A DNA stretch of 64,000 bases. Origin: Raillietiella orientalis (lineage: Eukaryota). Both the position numbers and the translations under genes were made by a program. This document shows positions 51,801 through 64,000 of the stretch, piece by piece (within the stretch, counting starts at the first letter, position 1; each line of letters begins with the position of its first letter). The stretch lies in contig JAYWIR010000021.1 in NCBI GenBank assembly GCA_036172245.1, forward strand, positions 1,674,001 to 1,738,000, read 5' to 3'. The notes under the pieces were generated by a model. It did no database searches. It was not told the DNA's origin and saw only the letters and a list, made by a program, of their open reading frames with translations.

Positions 51801-53409
51801 GCCAGCAGGCAGCCGAGAAAGCGTGCCTGCGCCGCTCCCGAGGGAAAGGTTCCGCAGAGAACCCCTCCGGCCTGCTCTCTCGCGATCGGCACCGGATGAG
51901 GCGATCGGAACGGAGATGGCATGGCAAGGCGCCGGGCGGCTCCCGGTGTAGGGACCGCAGCGATTTCCCCCCATCCGCCTGTCCTCCTGCTCCCGATCGG
52001 CGGAAAAATTGCTTTCCCCTCCGGTTCCGCCCAGCGCCCCCGGCTTGAACGGGCTCCAATTTTGTCGCGCACGCGCACTGCATCCGGCTTCCGCGCCTAG
52101 TGGCCGATCCCAGGGCGCTCGCCAGGCGACCTCCGAGTCGCGCGTTCGTCGCTGCGCTCGAGTTGCCGCAGGGTGCGCGCTTGGCCGTCTGCGATCCGAT
52201 CTTTCGCCGGAAGCAGACCTGTCTGTCGTGGCGCGTCTTTCGCTGCGATCCACAGCCCGACGGCGACTGTCGGCATGTCCCTCCGATCCCAGAGACCCGG
52301 GTGATCGGCGAGAACGTGTCGCTAAGTGGCCGCCGCAAGCGGGATGGCGCCTCTGGGAGATCGCCTGCCGATTCCGCGCAGCGCCCGGAAAAAGCGCAGT
52401 GGACCCAGAAGAAGGTCGCGATGCGGGTACGTCGCCAGGGAGAGGTCCGCCATGGGGGAACGCAGGGAAGAAAAGCAAAGACGCGAAGGATCACCAGAGA
52501 ACGAAGAAGTCCTTCGGCTTTCAGGAGGATAGGGAAGGAAACGCGGTCCCTTCCCTTACCTCTCGCAGGTTGCGGGCGAGTTGCGCTCCACCCGTGGGTA
52601 GGTGGCGGCACCTCAACTCGATCGCCTGCTGCCCTGCTGTCGAGGCGGAGCAGCGTATCGGTATGCGAGCGAGGCTGCTGCGCGGAGCGAGAGGAGGCTA
52701 CCAGACGGTCCAAATGGACGAGCCGATAGTCAAGTATCCCTGGAGGGTTGGCAGACACGGCTGTTTGTCCACCGCGAGCGCTTCGTGCTCAGAAATGCCG
52801 CCGGATGCACCTTCAGCGATGACAGCGGCCGGCAGTGCGATGGGCGCCACGCAGACCGCCAGCGCGCCGCCACCCGAGCGCGAAGTTTCGGTCGTTCAGC
52901 GCTGCCAGAGGACGTCCCCGCGGTGAAAGTAGACGCCGATGTCGAAGTGGTGACCTGGAAGAACGGGCTGTTGAGGATCGGTATCGGCGAGGTCGTGAAC
53001 CTTGCAGGAACTTCCTTGGGCACCCCTGCGTTCGCTGCGCGTGCAGGAGGATCCGCAGCCCACGCAGACTGCGTGAAGCTGATCGGCGTACGACGCACCG
53101 GTCGTACTTCACGGAACTTCACGCTCGTGATCGGTGGTTCCTGCACCATCGCGGTGTGCGTGGCAGGGGCCGACGCCCGTTGTGCCGGGGGGCTGCACAG
53201 GATGACCCGTTCCGTTGCGGGCGTGCAAAACGCTTGCGGAATCGACTGACCGCAGGCGCGGCCCTTCCCGGGATAAGGTGGAATCCGAATGAAGATGATG
53301 GAGGGTAGCCAACTTGCACGAATGGGTTCCGTAATTCACTGATTAGAGGGCCGCAGAGAGCAGCGTTTCGTACCGGTTGAGGGAATTTGTGGCACCTACT
53401 CCGAGTCTG
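48802..53409 (-). repeat. Right arm of 4.6-kb inverted repeat
   Basis: tctcacctttcagaaagg...ggcacctactccgagtctg. Mirrored ORFs in the track are nearly identical. It lacks ~33 nt present at ~40070-40102 in the left arm. Confidence 0.95.
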
Positions 53410-54690
53410 TTTTGACACGCTGCACTAGCGGTGTGCTGACCAGCAAAGGCGCTTCATTCTTCCGTGTGCTGAGCCGCAGCGTAGTTACTTCCTCAGACCT
53501 TCGGAACGCGCAAAGAGAAAGCTTGCAGTAGGTGAGCTGAGTGACGCAAGAAGCTCATGGTTTTTTTAGACGTCCGAGGAATACTAGCAGCAGATGAGCT
53601 GGAAAGTAAGCGTGCCAAAGGGTCTGCCTCCGTAGCAGCAGCGTATAGCCTGCCCAGGTCGAAGAGAGGAGGGGAAGAAGAAAGGGCAGGAGTGTTTTGA
53701 GAGCCCTCCAGAGCTCAGCCAGAAGGTGGCAAGGAACTTTCGAAAGCAGAGAGCAACGCTGACAGCAAACGGAGAAATCAGCGACAAGGTGGGCAGCCTG
53801 TTGCAGCGGGGTGCAAACGAGTGCCTCCTGCGCCAGCTCTGCTTAGTGGCGGAAACCTCCCTTCCGGAGGTTTCCGACGATGAACATCGTCTCAGGTTAG
53901 CAGGCAAGCAGTTTGCCGTAAAGGCTCAATGTCGCGAGTGGGTGGCAAATACCGGAAAAGGGAAGGCATCGGGCCAGTCAGTTCGTCCGTCCGTCCGTCG
54001 CATTCCAGTACCAGGGATCCGTCGAAGATATGCTCACCCAAAGAGGCAACGTCTTTGTGCTTGACCATGGCTAAAATGCTCAGTGGTTCGGGGGTTCATC
54101 ACGGGACTAGGAGCATCCAGGACGAGTTGAGGACGGTGTGTGAGCTGGAAGGATGGGGAAACGCTGCTCCACTTGCTGAGCCGCCGGAAACCACGAAGAT
54201 GGCCGTCAGAGACCTGCGGAACAGCACAGAAGCGGACGTCCGGTCGGAATGGTTTGCAGGGGATGGTGTCGTTCCCTGGAGCGATCCCAGGTTGAGAGCA
54301 GCGGCTGTCCTCTCTGTCACGGGCGCCGTGACGAGGAAGGCAAATATGGGAAGCACCAGGAGAGCAGCTCCTGCCGTGGACATCCTGAGAGGAAGGACCA
54401 CGCAGAGGAAGGTCGACAGCAGGTACAGCGGCAGAATCCCCATTCGGATGTACCTCTGCATCTCGGGACGGTATCGCCCAATTGTGTTCGAGTTAACGAG
54501 AAGCCGCAGACGGAAAAAACACCTAGAGGTGTCGCATGGTACCAAGAACGATGGTGTTCCGAAGCAGCCGACGCGGTGGCACCGGTTGTTTCGCGTGATT
54601 TGTCTTCTTGGAGTGGGACCCGCGTCTCAAGAAGTTCGTCGGACCCTTGGTCGGGCATTCGATTTCGCTGGCTCGCTGCCAAGGCTCCAA
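53410..54690 (+). mobile_element. Possible 3' half of a CRE/RLE-type non-LTR element
   Basis: RRFILPCAEPQRSYFLRP (LLRxC..YxLR-like), AAAYS, AVDI and RPIVFE (RLE-like) occur in the expected order. Weak evidence. Confidence 0.3.
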
Positions 54691-56867
54691 TAGCCAATCG
54701 ACCTCATCGTCGCCAGCATTTCACGCGCCAAGCGGCTCCAGCATTAGGGGCGCGAGAACTCGTTGATTCGGCGCCCTGAAGCGCGAACTGAGCCTCCCGA
54801 ACGCAGACGAGCGGACAGTTTGCTGACAGTCGGAGATTTCCACGTCCATCCGCAGTCCGGTCCGGGAAGTAGGCAGCTCCATAAGGCGATGAACGATTCG
54901 CGCACAGCTTTGCGCACGTGTGACTTTGCCGGCCGGAGTCGAGCCGACGTGCACGGCTGCACCGGACTCGTCTTCCTGGGGGATCTGCTCTGCTCCCTTC
55001 AGGAAGTTTCACGTTCTGAAGGATGGCTTCGTTTGTTGAGCAGAGCTGGCGGTCGTCGTGGCGCGGCGCGAACGACGCTGCGGGTCCACTGGCGCGGATC
55101 AAGCTGGAGGTGCTCCCATGAGGGAAGGGTCGTTCCGTCCGCCCAACGCCCGGCGTCTTCCACGGGAGTGACCTCACCTGGAGGGAGAGCCGGAGGAGCT
55201 CTCCGCGCCAAGTTGCCGGAAGGTCTCTCTGTGCAACATCTCGAGGTGCGGCGCCACGTGAACCTCCCGATCCGCGACTTCAACCTCTTCAACGGCCACC
55301 CCGCTGCCTTCCTCAGGAAATAGAGAGTCGTGCGCTCATTCTTGAAGGCTGAACGCCACCGGAGAAAGCCAGGAGCGTCCTCCTGGCTGGATGGGAACAG
55401 CCCGGCAATGGAGGCAGGCAGCTTGGTGGACGCCCAGGATCAGGGATTCTCGTCCGCGTCGCAGGGTTCGCTCCCGATCACGCCTCAGCGTTTCCTGACG
55501 GCGATCGGCACGCAGGATGATCATTGGTAGGACTGTGCCTCCCTGCACCACCACTTCCAAATGTTCGAGTGAACGCGATGGTGCCTCCCTTGAACGTGCA
55601 GACGCGGGGAGCAAATGGGAGGGAAACAAAGTGAAAACGAAATGCGCGTGCGGGGTGTGGTAGGTGGGGGGATAGGTCCGGATGGGTGACATGGTGTTGC
55701 GCGGCGTCCTGTCTGCTGTGAGGTCTCCGATGTTCTCCTAGGGCGTTTGAATTTGTGTCTTCGAATTGCATTCCGGTAGTGTTGGGGATTTCATAGTAGA
55801 AGGAAAGAAAAGTGGCGAAGGTTTCAAGATCTTGTCTTGCTTCGTCGCTGTGGTCTGTTCTTTTCTTTGTTTCTTGAGGACATGAATTGGAACGCTTCTG
55901 ATGATTTCCTTGTTCTGTGCCTTTCTGTAACACGCTGGGCTTCTGGATCTCGTCTTCGAATGTCAGAGTTTTTTGAAGTTACCCATATGTCTTGACTGAC
56001 CACGGACATTGATTGCTGTCTTTTAGATGTTCTCCTGTAGAGTGATAGAGCCCAACCATGGTGGTCATGAGCACGGTTTGGACTGTGTTCTCCTCTCGGA
56101 TTTTTCGTTTTTAGTGTTTGTTTTCAATTTGTTCGTAAATACAACTACGAGGTGTTGGTGTTCTCTTGAGGTGTTCTGAATCTCTGAACTCTAATTCGTC
56201 TTAGTAGAACTCAGACGGAATGGTTCCCATCCATGCTTTTTGTACATCGTCTCTGGAGGTTTCCATTACGACTCCAATATCCCGTTATGGGATGTTGATG
56301 AAGCGACATTGAAGTTGATAATCTATTCGGGACATTGAAGTCGTTATGGACTTCACTTTACACTTTTTGCTCCACTTCCTTCGACCTATTTGGTCGTTTT
56401 TTCATACTTATTTGTATGTTGTTCGTTCACTGATCTTGTTCTCTTGTTTCCTCTGAATTGTTTTTGAAGCTGGGTCTCTGGGTTTCACGAAGAGTGCTCA
56501 GGTGCAACTGCGTCTTCTGAATTATAGAAACGGCTTGACTTGGAGATAATCGAAACCATGAACGATGCTTGCAAATGAGTGTCTGCAGTCTTGGTGATTG
56601 TTCTATAGTCACGTCCCATGTTATTGGTGGTGGTGTTTTCTGTCCATGAAGAGAACATGAAAAAATGATCTGTTCTTTCACCTTTGTTGTTAACAAGAAA
56701 GAATTGAAGGAAATCTTTATCTTTCTTCCCTCGCCTCCTCCGGTCTGGACCAGTGTGGCACACTTTGCAGCCTTGTCTGCCTTCCCCCATCGATTTCCTT
56801 TCCGCAGTTTCATTTAAAATAAGCTCCGTCGTTAGTTTGTGGCATCAGATTCCCCTCTCCCCCTCAC

Positions 56868-56972
56868 CGGCAGCAAAGTTGCCCTTGTTCCATCCACACA
56901 GCTTCATTTTCATGTACTGAATGTCGAGGCTGTCAATTTTCGTAAAGTACGACTGCTCCTGATTTGTTAGGT
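56868..56972 (-). CDS. Candidate internal coding exon (105 bp, phase 1-1) of an unidentified minus-strand gene
   Basis: Minus-strand acceptor tttcaattcgcttccttag| and donor G|gtgagg. The frame is stop-free, (D)LTNQEQSYFTKIDSLDIQYMKMKLCGWNKGNFAA, with protein-like composition. No family recognised. Confidence 0.45.
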
Positions 56973-58399
56973 CTAAGGAAGCGAATTGAAATAACACAGC
57001 GGAATTGATGGGCAATTCGCAGAATGGAAAACCACGTGGACGTGAAACGCCGCAGCCGAAGCTGCGGTGTTGACGTTCGCGGGCGGAGGAGATCCACTGG
57101 ATGTCCTCCGGATCCACTGGATAAGAGCTGCATCCACGAAGTTTCCAGAGAGCAGCCGACTGGGTGGGGCGCTTGCATGCAGCAGCCATTGACAAAGTTC
57201 GGACTTTCCACAAGTGCTCGTCTTTCCTTGCATAGCGAGTTGACAAAAACGCGTATCCGGTATCCTGGATGCACAATTTTTCTTAGGGTTGCGATTCTGC
57301 TGCGTCCTGTTTTATGCATTTAGCTGGTTTGGCATTCGTTCTGTGTGCTCATCGAAAATGTCAAAATCTGATTTCTTTATTACTCTTTAGATAATTCAAC
57401 ATGGTCAAATACGCGGCTGATCAGACGGAATCCGGGAGGTGAAATAAAGCGAACCGGTTGCTACAAATCCTTTCGGGATCTGCTTGCGTCCGAGATGCTA
57501 AGATTTCAGACAAAGTCCTTCGTTTCATTTTGTTTTTCTCCATGAAACTCAAGGAATTTCAAAACGCGCCTCGGTGGAAATTGCAGTGAGATCCTGCTGT
57601 TGGGATTCTGCAACACAGCAAGCACTTTAACGAACAGAAACAACCACACACTTAAAGGGAATTGGCATCTTGCAATACTTGGCGAAAGATCAGGAGCATT
57701 GGATTTAAAGAATATCATAGAACTACGCAAATAGCCCTAATAACACAGCATAATGAAATAAGTAGACACGAAAGGCTTTCATTTGCTTGATGGATGAACG
57801 CAGAAAATTCCACAAGAATAAAAGCATTCCAAGTTTCTATCCACTCGAGATAAAATGGACTTGTCTCAATCGCCTTGTCAACAAGTCACCAGATTGCCCA
57901 CGAAACGGAAGCTTTCAATTTTCTCATACTATGGATTACGTTTATGCATGTACTTTGACCAGGTAAAAGAAATCCTGGGTCACAGTCAAACTGAAATATT
58001 TTCATGGTGAGCTCCTTCCTGCTGATGGCAGCAGCGTTTAAAGGGATGGTTCCATCGAGCAGTCTTTATGTCTCAATGCGCCACATGTGCGTTTCAGAAA
58101 CGTACGCTGGAGCCTCAGTTCTGTTCGCAATGGATGCTCAATTCTGAAAATAAAACCTCACAATTGCCACTTTTTCCATTGATAACTCTTTTCTTAAAGA
58201 ACAATTTCGTTCATAAAACGCGAGGCGGAACAAATATGCAGAGGAAGGGAAAGGATTGGGGCTGTTCGGTTAGAACCCCTTGGCAAGAATCACTTCTTTC
58301 CCACTTGGATCGAACTCTCGCATTTACAGAACTATTAGTGTCATTCGCAACGCGATCCCCCAACCACATCAAACGTAGTGCCAAGAAGAACGATTCCAC

Positions 58400-60200
58400 C
58401 TTCTTCCTCGTTTGCACGAACCGCAGGGAAATTCAATGTGGACTTACTACGGGTTTCCCACCCCACCTCTCATGCTCCATGCGAGAGCGAAACTCATGGA
58501 GCAAACTCTGATTGATTGGTCGGCAACCGCTTCGAAGAGCATCTCGACGAACTTCCCGAGCATTGGCAATGGCCAGCGGGGAGCTCGTCGGCAAGATTTT
58601 CATCCGCTTTGCCATCTTGGCGTTTGTCATTCGCTTCGACCGCTGCGGTCGTTCCGGGGAGCCACCGTGGCGCCGGTCCGCACCTTCCGAGCCGCGCACA
58701 CGCATCCATGGCACGGCAGCTTGGAGGAGCTGAGCTTCTGCACAAACACAGGTGTTGCGGAATTCACTTGGTAGGATCGAACCGAAGGCGACCCCCAGTG
58801 GATGGTGGTCAGCTCCACCGAACCAAGAAACTCGAGCTGCAAATGCAGGGGAGCCAACGTCTCTGCTTGCACCAACAGACGGAGTGGGAAATCTTGCCTG
58901 CAATGGCTCCGACCGCCTCTCCGAGCCTCCCATCTTCGTCCACGCATTGCACGCTCGATGCCGATTCGGCGACGGCGGCAGAGCCACCTGACTGTTGGCA
59001 ACCGCGTTTTCCCGCTCTGCAAGTTCCGCTGGATGCTGCAACAGGGCGACTGAATCAACTCCGCGGACCTCGCAGCCTCGTGTCCGGTTCCGTTGAACGA
59101 GCGACGCTTCCTACCAGAGATGCTGCAGCCGTCGGATCGCCTTTCGCCCCCGCAAACGGGTCCGTCGCTTCTTGGCGTCCCCGGAAACGCTGCCGCACCT
59201 AATCCAACCACCGAGCCGCCTAGCGATGGAATGGAGATGCAGGTGAGAATGGCTTCCATCTCGAAGGAAACTCGGTCGGCCGCAGGCGTGAGCGACTCGA
59301 TGGCTTTTGATGCAACTCGCGAAACTCCAATGTCTCTTTCCGCAAAGCCACCTGACCGCTCTTTCCTCCAGCTGCATCCCAAGTTCCTCATCCGCAAGCT
59401 GACCTCCAGCTCCGCTCCCCTGAATGCCACTTCTTTCTCCGTCGCAGCACCCTGGATGGGAATCGCTCGAGGCCAATCCGGGAAGAGCTCCCCGCCTCCC
59501 GAACGGAAACCGCCAACCCGCATTTGTGGCACCATCGGATGGCAAGGAGAAGGAAAAGCGGGTCTCCGCACTTCTTCCATACAGAATCCATCCAATGGGT
59601 CTCCATCTTTCCGATCCCACCGGATGCGCTTCCTTGGCACCGGCCATCACCTTTTTTCAAATTGCACTCGGTAGCCGTCGGTGGTTGGCGTCCTCCTCCC
59701 GAGTCTCCTCACGTTGGAGGCGTTTGGCAATCCGCTCGCTGCTTGCGTGGCTCACGATGTGGGGATGACCGCTGTTGCAGTTTCGGGCTTTCTTTCGGAC
59801 CGCGGGCTTCCCTGGTCTTCTGAACTCTTCGCATCGTGGTGAACCCCTCTTCACGCGACGCGGTTTCGTAGCTGCAGCGGCAACAAGTTGAGCGCACGTT
59901 GGCTCGTTCGAAGGAGGGAGTCCCGGCAGGAGGAAGCTGTCGGTGCTCACCGCACCCATTCATCGCCTTCCCATCGGAAAGGTGGCACATCTGGGGAGGG
60001 TTCTCTCGACGCAGATGCGAGATGCCGCTCACGGAATCCCGGAAACGGAAAGAGGTTCGCCAGACCTCGACCCTGCTGACTCCAATGCAGGAATTGGGAT
60101 GGACCTTCTTGCGCGTGCCTTCAAGCACGAAGACTGACCCTTTCCACTTACTGCTGTCCTCCTCGATGGTAACATCCTGCGCGACGGCAGGTCGCTTTGC
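58400..60200 (+). pseudogene. Decayed copy of the large ORF family (copy E)
   Basis: LLAPTDGVG+KSCL (Walker A-like across a 1-nt frameshift, ~58863-58900). A degenerate Walker-B position lies ~280 nt downstream, the same spacing as 41553-41828. Confidence 0.4.
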
Positions 60201-61598
60201 ATGACGGAAAGTCGCCCAAGGTGAATCTTCGCCACTTGCTTTTGAATCTCTGAGGTAGTGGATGTATTTCCTTGATCCTCATAGTGAGGAGTTGATCCTA
60301 ATTTGAAAAATGTGTCGGGGTCCGCAGGCTCCTCATGTCTGGTTTGATCTTTCGGATATTGGACAATGTATGTTACATTTTTTCTGTCATCAGTATTTCT
60401 TGGACCCAAGATCCTGAAGGCAGTGTGTTGTGAGAACATGTCTTAAACTCTCTTTTCTCTGGTATGTTGCTTAAACATTGTCTGCTTGTTTACTTCTTTG
60501 ACTGTACGCAATATTCTTCCGTGTCGCAGTGGAAAAGTCTCCAGAAAAGTATTGGAAAACCAATGTGCGTTATTAGAACTTCAGTAACTGTTGTGTGTGT
60601 TTGCTTATTTTTTGGCATTATTTCGTGGTCAATTTCAAATTCTTGAAGATAAGGAAAAGAAAAAGAGGGGGGGAAGGGGAGGGGGAATGATGTATGGATG
60701 TTCATGGTATAAATAAAGTTCCCAGTTTCAGAGATTTCTTCTGCGACAGACCTTGAATCAGCTCGCATCACCGATTTTGCAAGCTGCTTCCACGACAAAC
60801 TCCACAATTTAGCAGATCCGTGCGATGCCCATCCCGGCCCAGCGTGCCCTATAAAACACGCCCTATAGAGCACCCTGTCGGCGATGCGGCCGCACTGCTA
60901 CGTGAGCGCCGTCTGCGGGCAGCAAATGCGCGTGTCGTCACGGCACGCAGGAGATCTTTGTTTTTGTTTTTGTTGTTTGCCGCCCACACTCTAAACCGAG
61001 GGCATTGCAGCGACTCGACTTGCAATCACAGCGCGTAGGGCAGCGCGTAGATTTGGGATGGGGTGGAATGGGGTCGTCTAGGGTCCGAGGATGGAAGCGG
61101 TGGCAGGACCTGTGGGTGGTCTTCGTGGCATGGGCGTTTGTCGCGTGTCAGGCGGATCCATTATGGCCTCGTTGACCCAATTTCCCCTGTAATTAGGAAA
61201 AGGCTCCTTAGCAAAAGGCACGTCTTCTTTTTGGAAGTGCTGCTTTTGGACAGGTTCGAGCGAGTCACGAGCGCCCGCGGTGGGAATGCATGCTGAGAAA
61301 CAGTTTCGTCGTTTTCAGCAATTGCCCTCTCTTACTTTGTTCTTCCTTTTGTTTTCCGATCCTAATAACTCAATTTCGTTTTCCATTATTTTTTTTGCAA
61401 GCATACAGGTAATATTCGGCTGTAATTTTTTTTTGCTTTTGGCAAGCCCCAAAAAAAAAAAAAAAAAACAATCAAAACAGATGTAAGGAGTTCGCAGTGG
61501 AAATGAAGGATCCGGAACGAGGTGCTTTCAGAAGTTTTGACATGTAGCACTTTATGTACGTTATCTGTTTGCCTGCTGCCTATTCAGAAATTTCTCTC

Positions 61599-64000
61599 AT
61601 GGATGTTGGAGAACTTCTAACATTTAAAGTGAGTAATAAATAAGGATTTGATGATTGTGTTCCCACGTCGGAATATACCAATGGTTGATGCAAGTGTACT
61701 TTCTGTTTGTGCTTCAGCACATATTTATGAGTTGCTCTGAAATGATGAATGATAAACAGTTCAAACTGCCCCGACGTGTAATGGGAAACATTTGTGTGCA
61801 CGCGTATAATTGCAACAGAACAGTTGTTAATATGTGTGCATAAATGCCACTTGATAAAAAAAAACAGGACTGTAAACATGAGCTAATTAACGATAAGGTA
61901 GCACAAAATTGAAACGCATTTATAAACGGCGAGGATAAGTGTTTGGAATTCTAGAATGTATTTAAATTTAAGTATTGCAGTTTTAAAGTGAACTTGAAAA
62001 TTGTACAGCAAGTTAGAAAATCACATGAATAGCAGCCGAATGTACAGTGAACATGGAAAAATTCCTTACTTAAACTTGAGATTGGCAAAACAGTGTATGC
62101 AGTTATTTCATACTAGATGCCCGTTTCATTGTTGTATTTTGCATTTATTGTCAAAGATTTGGATGTTTGAGAAATATTGTTATGGAAGCATTGATATGTG
62201 AAATTATGATTGCAAATATTGAATATTCATTGTAGTATGTTATCATGGTGTCTACTTTTGAACATAGACTTCATTATATACATTTCAAAAAGGCATAATT
62301 ATATTTCAGCCAGATTCAACTCCTAAACGTGTCTCCAGTTCTGAACTGGATAGAAATGAAGAGGAACCAAGACGAAAGCAGAAAAGGATTGTAGTCGACG
62401 CAGATGTTAGTGAACGAAGTACAATGAGGCCTCCATCATTTTTGAATGCTGCCCTTCACAGTGAAAATATTCACTCTGATTTAGAATCCAAGAAAGAAAA
62501 TAAAACTAACTTTAGTGAAGAAGAAAAGTTGAAAGTACTCAAGATTTTAGAAGAAGAAGAAGAAGTAAGATTGCAATAGACTTTTCTGATTTGAGCATGT
62601 TAGTGGGAATACTTGTAGTTTATTCTGTGTTGATAATTTTCATTTGAACCAAGTAACCCAATTTGAATTTCTTTCTTAGATGCAGTCTAATGTAAATGTT
62701 TGTCATCATTCTATTTATAATAAGTAGCACTCGTAAATGTAGATGATGTAAATTTTGTTTGTTTCCGAAAAAATGTATACTGATTTATGTTTTACATTAG
62801 CCTGAACAGCTTGATGAACATCTGCTCAAGAAAATGCTACTGTCATTTGAAAAGAAAGTACTCAAGAATCAAGAACTTAGAATTAAGTTTCCTGATAACC
62901 CTGAAAAGTTGTAATCTTTTCTGTTGAAACTACTTTACAAAAAAAATATTTTAGATTTATGGAATCGGAAATTGATCTCAATGAAGAAATCCAACAGTTA
63001 CATGCTATAGCTACCACTCCTGAGCTGTATAATATTTTGGTAGAACTAAATGGGATTCAAACAATTTTAGGACTTTTACCTCATGAAAATACTGATATTT
63101 CCATTGCTGTAGTTAGCCTTTTACAAGAGCTTACAGATATAGACACCCTGAATGAGAGTGAAGAAGGAGCAGCTGTGCTTATTGAATCTCTGGTGATTAT
63201 TGTCATGAAATTGTATTCATCAATGAATTTTCTTAGTTAGAAAATCAAATTTGTGCCCTCCTCATACAAAATTTGGATCGTTTGGATGAATCTGTACGAG
63301 AGGAAGCAGATGGTGTCCATAATACTTTAGGTAAATATGAAGAAAAGTATTATTTTTTCAAAGGGCGTTGTATAGCAATTGTGGAAAATATTATCGAGTT
63401 CAAGCCATATATCTCAATTGAGTTCGCACAACAAGGATTTTTAGCTTGGCTTTTGAAAAGATTGAAAGCCAAATTACCTTTTGATGCCAATAAATTATAT
63501 TGTAGTGAGATTTTTTCCATTTTGCTGCACAATCATGAGGATAATCGAAAACTGTTGGGGGAACTGGATGGCATTGATGTGCTTTTGCAGCAGTTAGCTT
63601 ATTATAAACGCCGCAATCCTTCTACAGCTGAAGAAATGGAATTTATGGAAAATCTCTTTGATACTCTATGTTGTTGTTTGCTTTATAGTCCAAACAAAGA
63701 ACGTTTCCTCAAAGGAGAAGGACTTCAGTTAATGAATCTCATGCTTAGGTAATCATTGTATTTTTGTAATTACTTTTCATGTTGGTACAGGGAAAAGAAA
63801 ATGTCTCGAAACAGTGCATTGAGAGTATTGAATCATTCAATGACAGGTCAAGAAGGAGAAGAAAACTGCAACAAATTTGTTGAAATCTTAGGATTACGCA
63901 CACTATTTCCTTTGTTTATGAAAACACCAAATAAACACAAACGCAAAGGATTGGGTGCTGATGAATATGAAGAACATATCTGTTCGATTTTGGCCAATCT
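61599..64000 (+). CDS. CTNNBL1: Beta-catenin-like protein 1 (Prp19 complex spliceosomal factor), multi-exon, 3' end beyond window
   Basis: GT-AG-bounded exons join in frame: 61599-61628 (MDVGELLTFK), 62310-62564, 62801-62907 (KKMLLSFEKKVLKNQELRIKFPDNPEK), 62955-63192 (FMESEIDLNEEIQQLHAIATTPELY...HENTDISIAVVSLLQELTD), 63237-63330 (LDRLDESVREEADGVHNTL), 63376-63748 (FDANKLYCSEI...GELDGIDVLLQQLA...GEGLQLMNLML), 63791-64000 (REKKMSRNSALRVL...CNKFVEILGLRTLFPLFMK). These peptides are recognisable metazoan CTNNBL1. Confidence 0.96.

Noticed and set aside
52900..53249. D5/SF3 viral primase-helicase-like peptide (VDADVEVVTWKNGLL...TGRTSRNFTLVIGGS)
   Set aside because: No GKS/T motif follows, the paralogous copy at ~11.0 kb does not keep KNGL, and the opposite strand looks more coding. 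Probably an antisense shadow, though a translated search should still check it.

Overview
Eukaryotic, most likely invertebrate animal, genomic DNA. About 60 kb is a GC-rich graveyard of repeats and pseudogenes. It contains a tRNA-headed SINE family, nested L1/Tx1-like non-LTR retrotransposon fragments (one with a perfect 16-bp TSD), CR1/L2- and possible CRE-like remnants, and a decayed 18S rRNA fragment. It also holds several dispersed, heavily frameshifted copies of a large intronless ORF family with P-loop/STAND(NACHT)-like motifs. A near-identical 4.6-kb inverted repeat pair (37781-42422 / 48802-53409) forms a 15.6-kb palindrome. An Ig-domain exon (+, 6228-6441) and a candidate orphan exon (-, 56868-56972) are embedded in the repeats. 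The last ~2.5 kb is abruptly AT-rich and holds the 5' seven coding exons of CTNNBL1, with 42-47-nt micro-introns. Most long ORFs in the supplied track are artefacts of high GC. All homology calls were made by eye, so boundaries of degraded elements are approximate.
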